Shown: piece by piece, positions 35,015-46,673 of the stretch | Position numbering within the stretch: the stretch's first letter is position 1 | How the letters are laid out: each line of letters opens with the position of its first letter | Assembly: GCA_002269645.1 (NCBI GenBank) | Contig: NIVC01000803.1 | Coordinates: forward strand, 289,156 to 353,155 | Length of the DNA stretch: 64,000 nucleotides | From: Macrostomum lignano | Lineage: Eukaryota | Reading direction: 5' to 3' | The notes under the pieces: generated by a model | What the model was told of the DNA's origin: nothing | Databases searched by the model: none | Seen by the model: the letters and a program-made list of their open reading frames with translations, nothing else | Translations under genes and position numbers: made by a program

Positions 35015-38000
35015 ATGACTGTCTCCCAGGGTATCCACTGCTTGCAGGTCAACCTGCAGCACAGCATTGCTGCTTCGGTCAACCTCTTGAAGCACACTGA
35101 CCAATACGCACCAGGGATTATCCTTATCCAGGAATCTTGGACGCTAAGGGGCAGGCCCAAACATGTCCCCACCGGCTACCAGTGTTTAACCGCTGGCACC
35201 CGGGAGGGAAACCTGGCACCAAGATCCTGTATCATGGTGTCCAGTTCTATTAACGCATGGCTCAGATCGGACCTGTCCACCAGGGACATCTGCGTCATCC
35301 AATCTGAAGACATACACCCTGGGAGGACTACCCTCATCGCCTCGGCTTACCTACCGGGCGACGGCGAGATGATCCCAAGGGAACTTGTCACACTGGTCGA
35401 GCTCTGCTCCACCAGAAATTATGAGCTGCTTGTGGCAGGCGATATCAACGCCCACCATACCCACTGGGGCAGTTCTGATATTAACCAGAGAGGTGAAGAC
35501 TTCCTGGCTTATATTGCTACTACAACCCTTGAGTTCTTTAACTCGGGTAGTACCCCTACCTTCAATAACGGACGCCGATCGGAGGTGCTGGATGCCACCC
35601 TCGCCACGCCCAGGCCCTTCCAGAGCACTAGGGAGTGGCGGGTGCTTCCTGAGGCGTCCCTCTCCGATCACAAGTTCATCTCGTTCACGCTGGCCAGCGC
35701 CCGAAACGCAGGCCAGCTTTACTGGAAACGGAATGCTAGGAATACCGACTGGACCGCCTTCAGGCTTGCCCTGGAGGAGACCTATCGTTGCACTAGCGCT
35801 CCAGTCTCCATCAACACCTGCGAGGAAAAGCAGATGAATTTGCGGCCGCACTTACGGGCTCGCTCACTGCTGCCTTCGAAGCCTCATGCCCACTAAAGGC
35901 ATATAAAGGCAAACAGTCGGCCCCATGGTGGAACCCGCAGCTTGGCGACCTCCGTCGCAGGGCCAAAAGGCTTCACCGTAGGGCCCAAAAAACTAAAAAC
36001 CCGGCCGACCAAACCGCCTACCTGAACTCTATCCACGAGTTCAAGAAGCAGGTTAGGAACGCCAAAACCAACAAGTGGCGCAAATACTGTGAGGAACTTG
36101 AGGGCTCCCGCCCCACCTCCAGAATCGTTAAAGCCCTCACCCTGGACAAAATGTCCAAACTCTCCTCAGTCAAGAAAGCCGACAGCTCGCTTACTGAGAA
36201 CCCAGGAGAAACACTGGAAGCGATGCGAACAGCGTTTTTCCCGAACGAGCTAGCCAGGCCCGACCCCCTGATCAGTGAGCGGTCACGTACTGGCTGACTC
36301 AATCATCACGGAGGACCGCGTTACTAAGCAATCTCCTCCTTCAAACCCTTCAAATCCCCAGGACCGGACGGCGTTGCACTCTAGCACAGCCTTCCTGCGA
36401 GATGCGGTGAAATGCACCGGTTTCCTGCGGAACCTTTGCCGGCTTCTGAAAGCTTGTATTGTTCTCGGCTTTGTTCCGAAACCCTGGACCGAGGCCAAGG
36501 TGGTTTTTATCCCCAAGCCCGGCCGACCGGACTACCGGTCCATTAAATCCTTCAGACCAATAAGCCTCACCTCCTCACTGGTGAAGCTGTTAGAGAGACT
36601 GGTGCTCTGGCGCCTCCTCTCTGTGGAACTAGAGAACAAGCCGCTCAGTGAGAACCAGCACGCCTTTCGGGCAGGCAGGTCCACGGAGAGCGCGCTTCAT
36701 GTCTTGGTCGACATGCTGGAGAAAGCCGTTCTTGGTAATGGCTACGCTCTCACTGTCTTCCTCGACATTGTTGGAGCCTTCGATAATGTCCTCTTTGAGG
36801 CTTTTGACAGAGCTCTATGTGCTAGAGGAACCCACTCGCACCTCACCCGGTGGATCATGTATATGATCTGCCACCGTACTGCCACCGCACACCTGTTGGG
36901 CCACCAACGGACGGTAACCGTATGCAAAGGCAGCCCCCAGGGCGGTGTCCTCTCTCCAGTTCTCTGGAACATGGTCATCGATGAGCTCCTCCAGGACAGC
37001 CATCTTGACCCCATCCTTAAGGTCGGTTACGCCGATGATGTCACAGCCGTGGCATCCGGACCGTCACCTGAAACCCTTAGGGACCTTCTGCAAAACTTTA
37101 TTCGCTCTGCTGAACAATGGGCGGACAGGTGCGGCCTCAGGCTCTCTGAGACCAAAACTGTCGCGATCATGTTCACCAGCAGGGTTAACTGGCGTCTTCG
37201 CCCACTAAAGCTTTACAGGGTGGAAATCCCATCCTGCAAGCAAACCAAGTGTCTCGGCGTTGCGCTGGACCACCGGCTGAGCTGGTCCACCCACGTTCAG
37301 GCCAAAACCAAAAAAGCCCTCGCGATTCTTGCGCAGCTGCGCAGAGCCGTCGGCACCATCTGGGGCCTCACCCCGAAACGGCTCTGGTGGATCTATACCG
37401 CAATGGTCCGACCGGCCGTTACTTACGCCGGCCTGGTCTGGACCAGCGCCTTGCAGATTAAAACCTGCATCAAAGCCCTCAAAAAGGTACAGGGACGCGC
37501 GTGCCGCATGATCCTGAATGCCCCGCTCTCTGCTCCCTTTGACGGCCTCAACGTCTTTCTTTGCCTCCCGCCTCTGGACATCTTTGTCCGTCGCGAGGCT
37601 GCTAAAACCACCCGCCGGCTCATCGAGGCTGGCGTTAGCTTCAAGCCACAAAGAGCGATGGCGAAGCGCAAGCTCCTGCCGCACTCTGACCTGTGCCTTA
37701 AAGTTCTGGAGGAGAGTGGGAGTGCGGCTGTCCTTTCGGACGCTGTGCCGCGCTCCCTCAATCTCTACCAACGCTTCAAGGTCACTATCCCCTCTAAGGA
37801 GAACGCCAACGACAGCTGGGCCCCTCAGGAGGTTCACTGCTTTACTGACGGATCCTCCAAAGACGGTTTATCCGGCTTTGGAGTCTGCATCCTTATCAAC
37901 GGCCGCGTGATCGCTACTCACGCCCAACACACTGGCAGACTCTCCAGCGTCTTCCAGAACGAAGTCCTTGCCATCAGCTCCTGTGCAGCTGAGCTCCACT

Positions 38001-38722
38001 GCAGGGACTTCAAGGACAGAAGAATTTTCTTCCACTCTGACAGCCAGGCCGCTTTGCAGGCCCTGTGTCACACCACTACGAACTCCCGAACAGTCCGCGA
38101 CTGTATCGGGCAGCTCAACAAGCTGGCTCGGAGGAACACCATCCGGCTTACGTGGATCCCAGGACACGCCGGCTTTAAAGGTAACGAGCTCGCCGACTCC
38201 CTCGCTAAGGCGAGCTGTTCCGGCTCGCCCCTTGGCCCCGTGCCCCTGGCCCCCATCCCCGCCACAGTCATTAATCGTCAGATTAACGACTGGGCGGACA
38301 TCCTGCACTTGCGCAGATGGGATGGTATCTCCAACTGCCGCCAATCTCGTGCGGCAGTGCCCAATCCGTCCCTCAAGCTGCGGAGAATCCTTTTGAACCA
38401 AAATCGAAAAGATATCCGCGCTCTCACTATGACCTTCACAGGTCATGGTTGCTTTGCCAGGCACTGCTTCCTCCGATGTGTTCGCCGGAGTGAACTCTGC
38501 CCTTTCTGCAACCTCGAGAACGAAGACGCCAAGCACTTCGTCTGCTACTGCCCGGCCTTCAACCGAGACCGGCTCAACCACCTCGGGCCCAACCCGTCCC
38601 TGGACGACGTTTGCCGGCCCGAGAACATCCCACGGCTCATCCGGTTCCTCCGGGCCACTAAGCGAGCCTCCGTCTTCCCCACCGAAGACAACGCTGCAGA
38701 CAGGACCGGCAGACCTCCCTGA
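35015..38722 (+). pseudogene. LINE ORF2 (AP endonuclease, reverse transcriptase, RNase H, C-terminal Cys/His finger) with several frameshifts
   Basis: APE motifs QVNLQH, LIQE, AGDINAHH..WGS, SDH; linker PWWN; RT motifs FRPISL, QHAFR, FLDIVGAFD, KGSPQGGVLSP.LW, YADD; RNase H FTDGS, E, HSDSQAAL, WIPGH.G.KGNELAD; CPFC...H...C. Frame breaks near 35820, 36270 and 36330-36385. Confidence 0.93.
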
Positions 38723-38830
38723 CCGGCCCCGCGCCCTAGCCTATGCGGGTCTTTCAGGGATTAGCGGAATGGGCGACGCTCGCCTCCCCGCTGCGTCTTC
38801 GGACCGCCCTGCAGCTAAGTCAAGTAAGTG

Positions 38831-39050
38831 CTCGGAACAATATGTGTCTTTGATGATTGCTTCAGTTCACCCAGCTGTAAAATGGGTGCCAGCATTAGCT
38901 GGGGTAATTGAGGGTGTGTGTGGCAACCCCCCAGTCCTTGGACTGGACAGCCGTACGCAGCCTTAAGATGCGCCGCGCAATAGCTGCGGCTGAGCTGTCG
39001 GTTGCACATCTGCCCATTAGGGCAGATGTAACCAATTAATCAAAAATCAA
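38831..39050 (+). mobile_element. tRNA-derived SINE, 3' part (continuation of 33770-33849)
   Basis: Begins with the right TSD, then aligns colinearly with the 20886 SINE body (TTGCTTCAGTTCA.CCAGCTGTAAAATGGGTG...GCTGTCGGTTGCACATCT.CCCATTAGGG). Confidence 0.85.
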
Positions 39051-40067
39051 AATACTGACGGGAGGCAGAACGCCTCGATTAGGCTTCGAGGTTCCAGTAT
39101 CTCAACCCGAAGCTAAAAACAGAACCAAGTGGCGTCCGCAGTCTTTGTCCTGCCGGAGTCCCACGGACTAACTCGCGTAGGTCACGGATCCTCTCCCGGG
39201 GTGGTCAGCTCGTCCATCTTTTGCGCGTGGCCGAGTTGTTGCCTCCAGCTCGCTTTGTCGAAGCGTGCAGCGGGCAGGATGTGATGCATGTTGTGCCGCT
39301 GTTTTCTCCTCTAAGGGCCAAATGGGGAGCAGTCACTATGTTGTGAGATACACGTGTAAGTCATGGCCAGCAGTAATGACTATATGGCAACTCTAACCTA
39401 CGAGCGTAAAAAAAACTCTTTTTGTGTTAAGTAAAAAAGTGTTGCTCATGTACAATCACTATTTTAGTATGTTAGAGACTAAGACAAACACCTACAATTA
39501 GCAGTTTCCGTACCTACATGTAACCGCTAGCTTCCCCTTATGCAATAAATTATTGGTCCTTAATATGAACTTTTAGATAGCTACTGTACATGTGCTGTGC
39601 CAAAACTGATTACTTAGAAGTTCCTTGTTTTTTTAGGATTTCTTCCTCATATTTGGGAGACTAATGGAGTATAGTGACATTAATGTACTTGTAGTACCCT
39701 AAATGTGCATGTAAAATGTTGCTATCAATAAATAGTGAGAGCATTTGAGACCGCTCTGTAAGTCTCTTGCTGCTACGAGTATCTCACTCCATACCCCTGT
39801 ACTCTCTCGTCTCTCTAACCTCTCCGAATCTTTCCATATCTTCTAAGCCCACGGAAAATTTCGCTTGATTTACCCTTCTCATTTAACCACTAACTACTTA
39901 CGCTTCAAAGACGCGAAATGTTCCCGTAAGAATTACAGGCAAGTTTTGCAATTGCAAAAAAGCTAGGCTACCCCCCCCCCCCCAGACAATTGTTTTTGCT
40001 GCTCCGGAACGGGACTACACAGGCATTTTCAATACACCACTGTGCGGCAATCAGCACTGCGTCTCAG

Positions 40068-40237
40068 TGCAGCCTTGCCAAGCCTCCAAATTTCATCAGC
40101 ACGTCGACCACATGTGTCTGCATCATCTCTGACTTCGTTGGTCACTGGGCCTTCACCCAGGAGCTTGGCTGGACCTTCAACAGGTGGCGGCCAGTTGACT
40201 ATGGACACGCTGTTACGAATTTCTCTCTAGTTTCGCC
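40068..40237 (+). repeat. Dispersed repeat, diverged copy of 12015-12180
   Basis: Shared colinear blocks as described for 12015-12180. Confidence 0.75.
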
Positions 40238-40419
40238 AGTGAAAAAAAATACAAAAAAGTATCGATTTTTCTGTATGGACTGAAGATTAAGTGAAGGTTA
40301 GGAAAATTGCTAAAAAATAAAAAGTCTTCTCTTTTGGGTGTCCATTAGTACGTCATGTTTCGTCTTCTTGAAGGTGATGCCGACGGCGTCGGGGTGATGA
40401 CTGAATGCTTGAGAGACAC

Positions 40420-40620
40420 AATCTTTAGCAGAATCAGAATTTGGTCAGCCAGTTTTTTCTCTAGCATTCTTACAATGCATCTCAAGACGAAAAGTTTATT
40501 TGAGCTTTGCAAAAAAACATGTTTTTCGAATATTTAATCCCTTTAGCATTGAGCAATTTCTTAGCCACGACCCATGTACCGTCATGGAGAAATTTCTGGT
40601 CGAATGGTGCAAGTTTCAGA
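40420..40620 (-). mobile_element. Fragment of the Helitron-like family seen at 59115
   Basis: Its reverse complement aligns with ~59210-59410 (GTGGCTAAGAAATTGCTC.ATGCTAAAGG.ATTAAATATTCGAAAAACATG...GCATTGTAAGAATGCTAGAGAAAAAA). Confidence 0.7.
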
Positions 40621-41084
40621 AACAGCTGAAAATGTTCGGCAGCTGAGGTTTCCCCATTAGTGAAGCTTGATATTTAGAAATATCTCCCCCTTGGTAGTTC
40701 GGCGGGCGGAAAAATGGCTTGGTATATTCCTACTGGTACGTACGTGCACCACGCTTGGCTTCATCATAAAATTGGAGGTTTTCTCTGCAGTTTGAAAAAA
40801 AAGTGACATGGAAATTTCGGTCGTGTATATGTTTTACTATACATGTTTATTCTCAAGCTCGTTTCAATTACGGGAGGGGGTCAAAGCAAGGACCACTGTA
40901 TAGTAGACACTTGGGTCAGAAGAAAATAATAGTTTATAAAGCGCCGTGTACAAAATCCATGTGAAAAAGCAAAAGTATGCGGCCGACAGTGGCGCATTCA
41001 TTTTAGTTTTTGAATTTACTTGTCCGTGTAACTATATATGAAGGTCAGCTAAAGAGAATTTTACTTGGCAGGACAATTTGGATT

Positions 41085-44000
41085 GGGTGCGTTCGAGTGA
41101 CTTAAAATGACTTAAACTGCCATTTTAACGTCCTTAGTAAAACAAATGTTAAGCAGACTAAATGTAAAAATAATCTAGGTAAATGATAGTCAAATTACAA
41201 TTAAGAATTAATTCAATTTCTAAAACCGGTCTAAGATTAAAAAAACGTCGCCTATACTTCTTCCAACTCAACCTGAACGCCTAGGCACCGTTTTAACTTC
41301 GCTCGCAATTACCACATTTAATCGTAAATGAATTGAATAGCACAATATATAAATTAATAACTAGTAATGTCCAATGACAATGAATGAGAGCTAATTACTA
41401 TATTCAAACAAGCAAAAGAATAAAAAACAAGGTAAGTCAGTCAACAATACATTGAGAAAAAATAGGCCAGTTAGCAATAAAATAATATGATTCAACCAAA
41501 GTGAATAATTCCTTTGTATGATAGAAAGACAATACTATAGAAAACTATAGATACTATATTATAGAATACAATATACAATACTATACTATAGATACAATAC
41601 TATAGAATAAATAGAAAGACAAAACTATAACATGAAGTTCACTCAGATACTATATTGAAGAATAAGAACCAAGCTGAAATAGTGACTATATTCCAAGTCC
41701 AAATAAACTACCACGTAATAACAATTAATAAATAAACAATATTAGTACTAAGCAATTATTCAAAGACTATACTGACGGGCAGCGAACTGAGCAAAAGGAC
41801 GTGAAAGCAAATGATAGAACAAAGGTGAAGAATACAAAATATTCAATTACGATTAAAGGGGCAAAGTCAAAACGAGGGCATCGCGAGTTTACACCATTCA
41901 AACTTTGTAATACCAAATTGTATCTGTTTTCTAATGAGTATGGCCGGTTAAATCTTGCATTAAACTGTGAATTATAAATAATTTTACTATAATCTAAGTA
42001 AAATTAGTCTTTTTCGCTCCTCTAAAAGACAAAATATGTCCTTTTCAGCGATAATTTTTTGGCGGAAATTCAACCACGTTGAACACGTGTGAAAAAAATT
42101 CTATATAATTTACAAATAAGGGCTAAAAATGTATGAATTAATGTAGTTGGTGAAAGTTTTAAGTTAATTTGCATTAAATGCATGCATGAGTAATGCTTTA
42201 TTTGTATAAACCTTACTGTAGTTCGAATATTCTTCGTTTTGGTAGTAAACATTGATTATGACATCCCACCTATATGCTCATATGAGAATATGTTAAAAAC
42301 TAATCTAAATTGATGTATCCAATTGGATTATTCACTTTTACATTTTAGAAAATAATTTAGCACAAAATCGATGCTTTTTATTGAAAAAGCCTAATATATT
42401 ACTTATTGTATAACCATTCTATAACAATATAAAAATACTTTTTAATAGTTAGAGAGCACAAAGTGATTTTCTCCAGTAGTCTGTTGCATCAAAATGAATA
42501 ATTTCCAGCTTTTAGAATTGAAATATGTTATTACACACCTATCAAGCTTGAAGCATTTTTTTTCTTTACTAAATGGTACTCTTTGTTGGCTCTTAAATGC
42601 CATAAATGTTAGTTTTTGTCATGATTTTTTTCTCCGGAAGCCCACTGTGTGGAGCATGTACAATGAAAAGCTTAGATATTTCCTCAAGGCACTGCAAAGA
42701 ACCCTATAAAGAAGCATTTTTTTGGCTTTGCAGCAGGGACAACCTAATATAATTTTATTGCCATTTAATGTATATTTTGTAATGAATTAGGCTTTATTTA
42801 TTTTTAATGATAGTTATTCTGCTTATTTCATACTGAATAATTTGAGGTAAATTTTGTAAAAATTACTTTAAACATCTTTTTATTGACCATCACTTAAAAT
42901 TTTTTATGACTAGCAATTCTAGTCTAAGATCACCAGATTAATCAGATTTCACTTACTAACACCAAATAATCAGGTCTGATTGACTTTAAATTTACTTTAA
43001 ATTCATTGGTCTGCTTAACTGACATCAGATTTACCTAGGATCAATAATTTTGGGGCATCATGAAGGTTATAGCATTGTAACAGACTATGTAATCATGCTT
43101 AAATAACTTGGAACTCATAATTTAATATCTTGAAATCTGCATGGTGCTAGAATCCTATTGGAATAGAAAGAAGACAGCAAAAAATACAGACAAAGTGTTC
43201 ACTCATTATCTCTCTAATAATAAAATGTTCATCTCCACAGATGTACCTTTCAGCTGTTTGGAAACGGAATGAAAATAAAAATCGCTACAAATCGCTACAC
43301 GCAGCAACAACTTGTGTCAACATAATTGACAACCATTGTAGAGAACCCCACCTCTTATGTTCGGCGGGTAGTCGATCAGAATCCAGTCTGGCGCATCGCT
43401 GCAAGTTGGACTCTGTCACTCAGCTTTGTTCGACACAAGCAGATTTTGAGCACAGTCTGGCAGTATGCTGCACTTCAGTTTCAGCAGGGCCAATCTGAGC
43501 TGCTCGAGCAGAGTTTGAGAACACGCGCAGTATGTGCTTCCTTATTTTCACTTTTACGTTGCAATTTGGCCTCTTTTGTATCGACTTTTCTGCGTTCGCT
43601 CTGGCATGAGAGTACGAGCCCTCTTCAGCGTGGTAGCGTTGTAATGTTCTAGCTTTGAAAGCTAGGATGCTTTTATTTTTACTATAGCATACTCCTTATA
43701 TAACTAATAAGTGCTTTTTAAGCTCAACCAGCTATGTACCTGTGATGTGTGGCTGCCAGCAGCCACGTATTAGTTTATGGGTATATGCTTGGCTTACAGA
43801 CCCACAATTGATAGACTGCAGGAACAAGCGCGAAACGATTGACGAGCTCTTGCTTAATTTCAACAAATATACGAGTAAACGAGCCTACGATTTAAAACAC
43901 GACTTCCCAAACACATTGATCGGATAATAAAAAGTTTTATTAATAAAGCAGCATCAGCTCAAATATTTTAATCTATGGCCATGGACGTATAGAGCAGTCT

Positions 44001-46381
44001 GCACAGACCAGAACAGAAAATCAATATGGCTACCTCAAGAAGGGTAAAAAAGATATCTGGGTGGGGGGCATGGTTATGATCCTATCCAAACAGTTTCAAT
44101 ACAAATGTGAATCTCACAGAGCTCTAAATGAAGCTCTTAATGCCTCTTGATTTAGTGAAAAAGATGAACAGGCAACAGAAATAGGTTTTAGAATTTTTAG
44201 GCACAAGTAATAAATTCCTGAAGCAGAAGTTTTATTAACTTAAATGCAAAACAAGATTTTTGGTATAGCCACTAGGCCCATACAATAAAACACACTATAA
44301 AACATAAGGTTCTAAAAAGGTGTGTCTTGTGGTCTGAGAGAAAATGTAGGCCACATAGCCACCAGAATCTTGGGTGCCAGAATCCAAAAGTAGCAGCGCA
44401 GCACCTGAACCAGTTGTGGGCAGAAGTGGCCTGCTAGGTGCAGGAGTCGCCAACATTGCAACAGGTTGCTCAGACAGATCAGGTTGGTTCATGGAGAAAG
44501 CACTAGACTCACTCAACCAAATGTAAAGGTAACATATAGCAAGTCCACCAGTTTCATTGTTTAAGTAAGGCCTCAGGTTTAGAGCTCAGAATGAAAGGCA
44601 TATCATAAAATGCAGCTGAGAAGATCTCCCAAAGAAGTCCTGGCATGGCATGAATTAAAGTGAAAAACATTTAACATATTTTACTTACATTTAAGTCTAA
44701 AAAACTTCTACTAAAGCAAGTTAAGAATTTATTGGTATATTAAATATACAATAGTATAAAAGGAAACACTCCTGCTAGGCATTTAAAGCCAGTTTGTAAA
44801 CAATAAAATATATAATAAAATATTGCTATTTTCTAATTTTTTAAAAAGCAAATATATCAGGTTTTGCATTTTTAACTTTTAACATGTTCTAAGTTCTTAA
44901 AGCTCATAATGTGAGTTTTAAATGAAATAAATGTAACAAATAATGCAAATGAAAACATATTGCAATTATACATTTTAAAGAATAGTGCAAGTCACATTTT
45001 ATATAGCTTTTTACATTGCAAATTATATGAAACTATAAAGTTAAAGTTTAAAAAAAGTTATTACCTGTTTTACTTGCTACTTGTTAATTATTTAGCAATT
45101 TAAATTATATATATACTTAAAAGTGCATAGTGATGGCTATAATAAACAGTATCATTATCAGTAATCATAAGGTAGATTATCACTTAGCTAAGGCCTAATG
45201 GCTTTTATAAAAAAGCATATATCAGTTTCGAAGTAATTCTAAGCTGTAAAGCTGTACAAAAATTTATATTTACATTATATTTTTTATTACTACGTCATTA
45301 GCAAAAAATAAAATAGGCCTAAGACACGGACAGTTAAATATAAATAGCAATCTGAACTAGACTACAAATTATGCCTCAGAACAAAAATATAGTTAAACAA
45401 GAGCGTGGGTGGATAAAGCTATTTTATAAAAAAACTTGATAGACACCTTTATTTGTCATTCTATTCAGTAAAATTATTTAAACCTCAGTCTCATGAGTCA
45501 TTTGCCTATTCATAAGCCGTGGCTTATAAAATAAAGCATATATCTAGAATCCTCGATCGATTATTGTTCATGAATTAGATAGATAAGCAGAAAATTGATG
45601 CTAGACGTTTGCAATGCTTGAAATACAGAAGTCAGTAATCAATATCTAAATCTCATATTTAATTCAATCCAAAAAAGTTTGCTGATATTTCACATCCGTA
45701 AAAAGAACCAGGCCAAACATCAATAATAAATAAAGTACTTATTAACATGAAACTGATAACTAAATTAACGAGAGTATTTCAGAACACAAACAGGCGCGAC
45801 GTAAACAAAGTAAGCAGTTTAACAAAATCCAGCCTAATATTTATTTTAAAAATATCTATTGCAATATTTACCTAATTTTTTTCAGATAAAAACTACTTTT
45901 ACGGGTTTGTATAAAACATTTATTTTTATAATACTTTATTTAGTTTCTGATTCTGCGTCCGTACAGTTCCGTAAAAGTAAAGATTAACAAATGGGTAGGA
46001 AATTTATTAAGAGGTGTATTTTGTGCTTTAAAAATGTTTTTTTGAGACCACTTAACGGAAATATAAAAAATTGTATAAAAAATTACCAATTGAAACAACA
46101 AATTTTTTTCTACATTTTCTGACTCCCCAGTTTTGACTTTAACCGTAAATGTGGTAATTGCGAGCGAAGTTAAAACGGTGCCTAGGCGTTCAGGTTGAGT
46201 TGGAAGAAGTATAGGCGACGTTTTTTTAATCTTAGACCGGTTTTAGAAATTGAATTAATTCTTAATTGTAATTTGACTATCATTTACCTAGATTATTTTT
46301 AAATTTAGTCTGCTTAACATTTGTTTTACTAAGGACGTTAAAATGGCAGTTTAAGTCATTTTAAGTCACTCGAACGCACCC
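41085..46381. mobile_element. 5297-bp DNA transposon with 236-bp TIRs and 3-bp ATT TSD (PIF/Harbinger-related group, probably non-autonomous)
   Basis: 41085-41320 and 46146-46381 are inverted copies with one mismatch by eye. Termini GGGTGCGTTCG / CGAACGCACCC, with ATT at 41082-84 and 46382-84. The interior is AT-rich with no intact transposase ORF in the track. Confidence 0.85.
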
Positions 46382-46673
46382 ATTGAAGGCTTAAACTATT
46401 TGAGACTGAGAACTTTTTATTAAAAAATTTTCATTGCACCATAATATTCATGGCTATTTTAATTACTTTTACTGAATTTAACAGCCAAGTACGCATTTTT
46501 TCATATCTTTATTTTGTTTAAATCTTACGTTGCATTCCATTTGCGCCAACAACACCATTTTTAAATGAATTATAAAGCTTCTTTTTAAAACTTGTGATTT
46601 ATTTGTGATTGTATCTGGTATTTACCATAGCTTTTATTTCTTCATTCATTTCTTTCCAAACGACATAAGTCAA

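Larger units (their letters stand above)
33850..38830 (+). mobile_element. Near-full-length non-LTR retrotransposon, I-group (R1/Loa-like), 4981 bp
   Basis: 5' UTR, ORF1, ORF2 (APE-RT-RNaseH-zinc finger), short 3' UTR ending in AAGT repeats, and a perfect 9-bp TSD CTCGGAACA (33841-49, 38831-39). Confidence 0.93.

Noticed and set aside
37205-38966. Antisense and alternate-frame ORFs over the LINE, ABCF2 and the 30071 gene
   Set aside because: These are shadow ORFs expected from GC-rich codon usage on the true coding frame.
39173-39310. 138-bp minus-strand exon candidate (cttag|AG...GCGA|gttagt) as an upstream exon of the 30071-33178 gene
   Set aside because: Its phase does not join to an open frame at the next candidate acceptor (~33395), so it cannot be assigned to a gene.
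43330-43900. Harbinger/ISL2EU transposase HTH-like peptides (LLEQLRLALLKLK; LLVYLLKLSK...VSRLF) on the minus strand
   Set aside because: The resemblance is short, spacing is off, stops intervene and no DDE motifs were found; insufficient to call a transposase.
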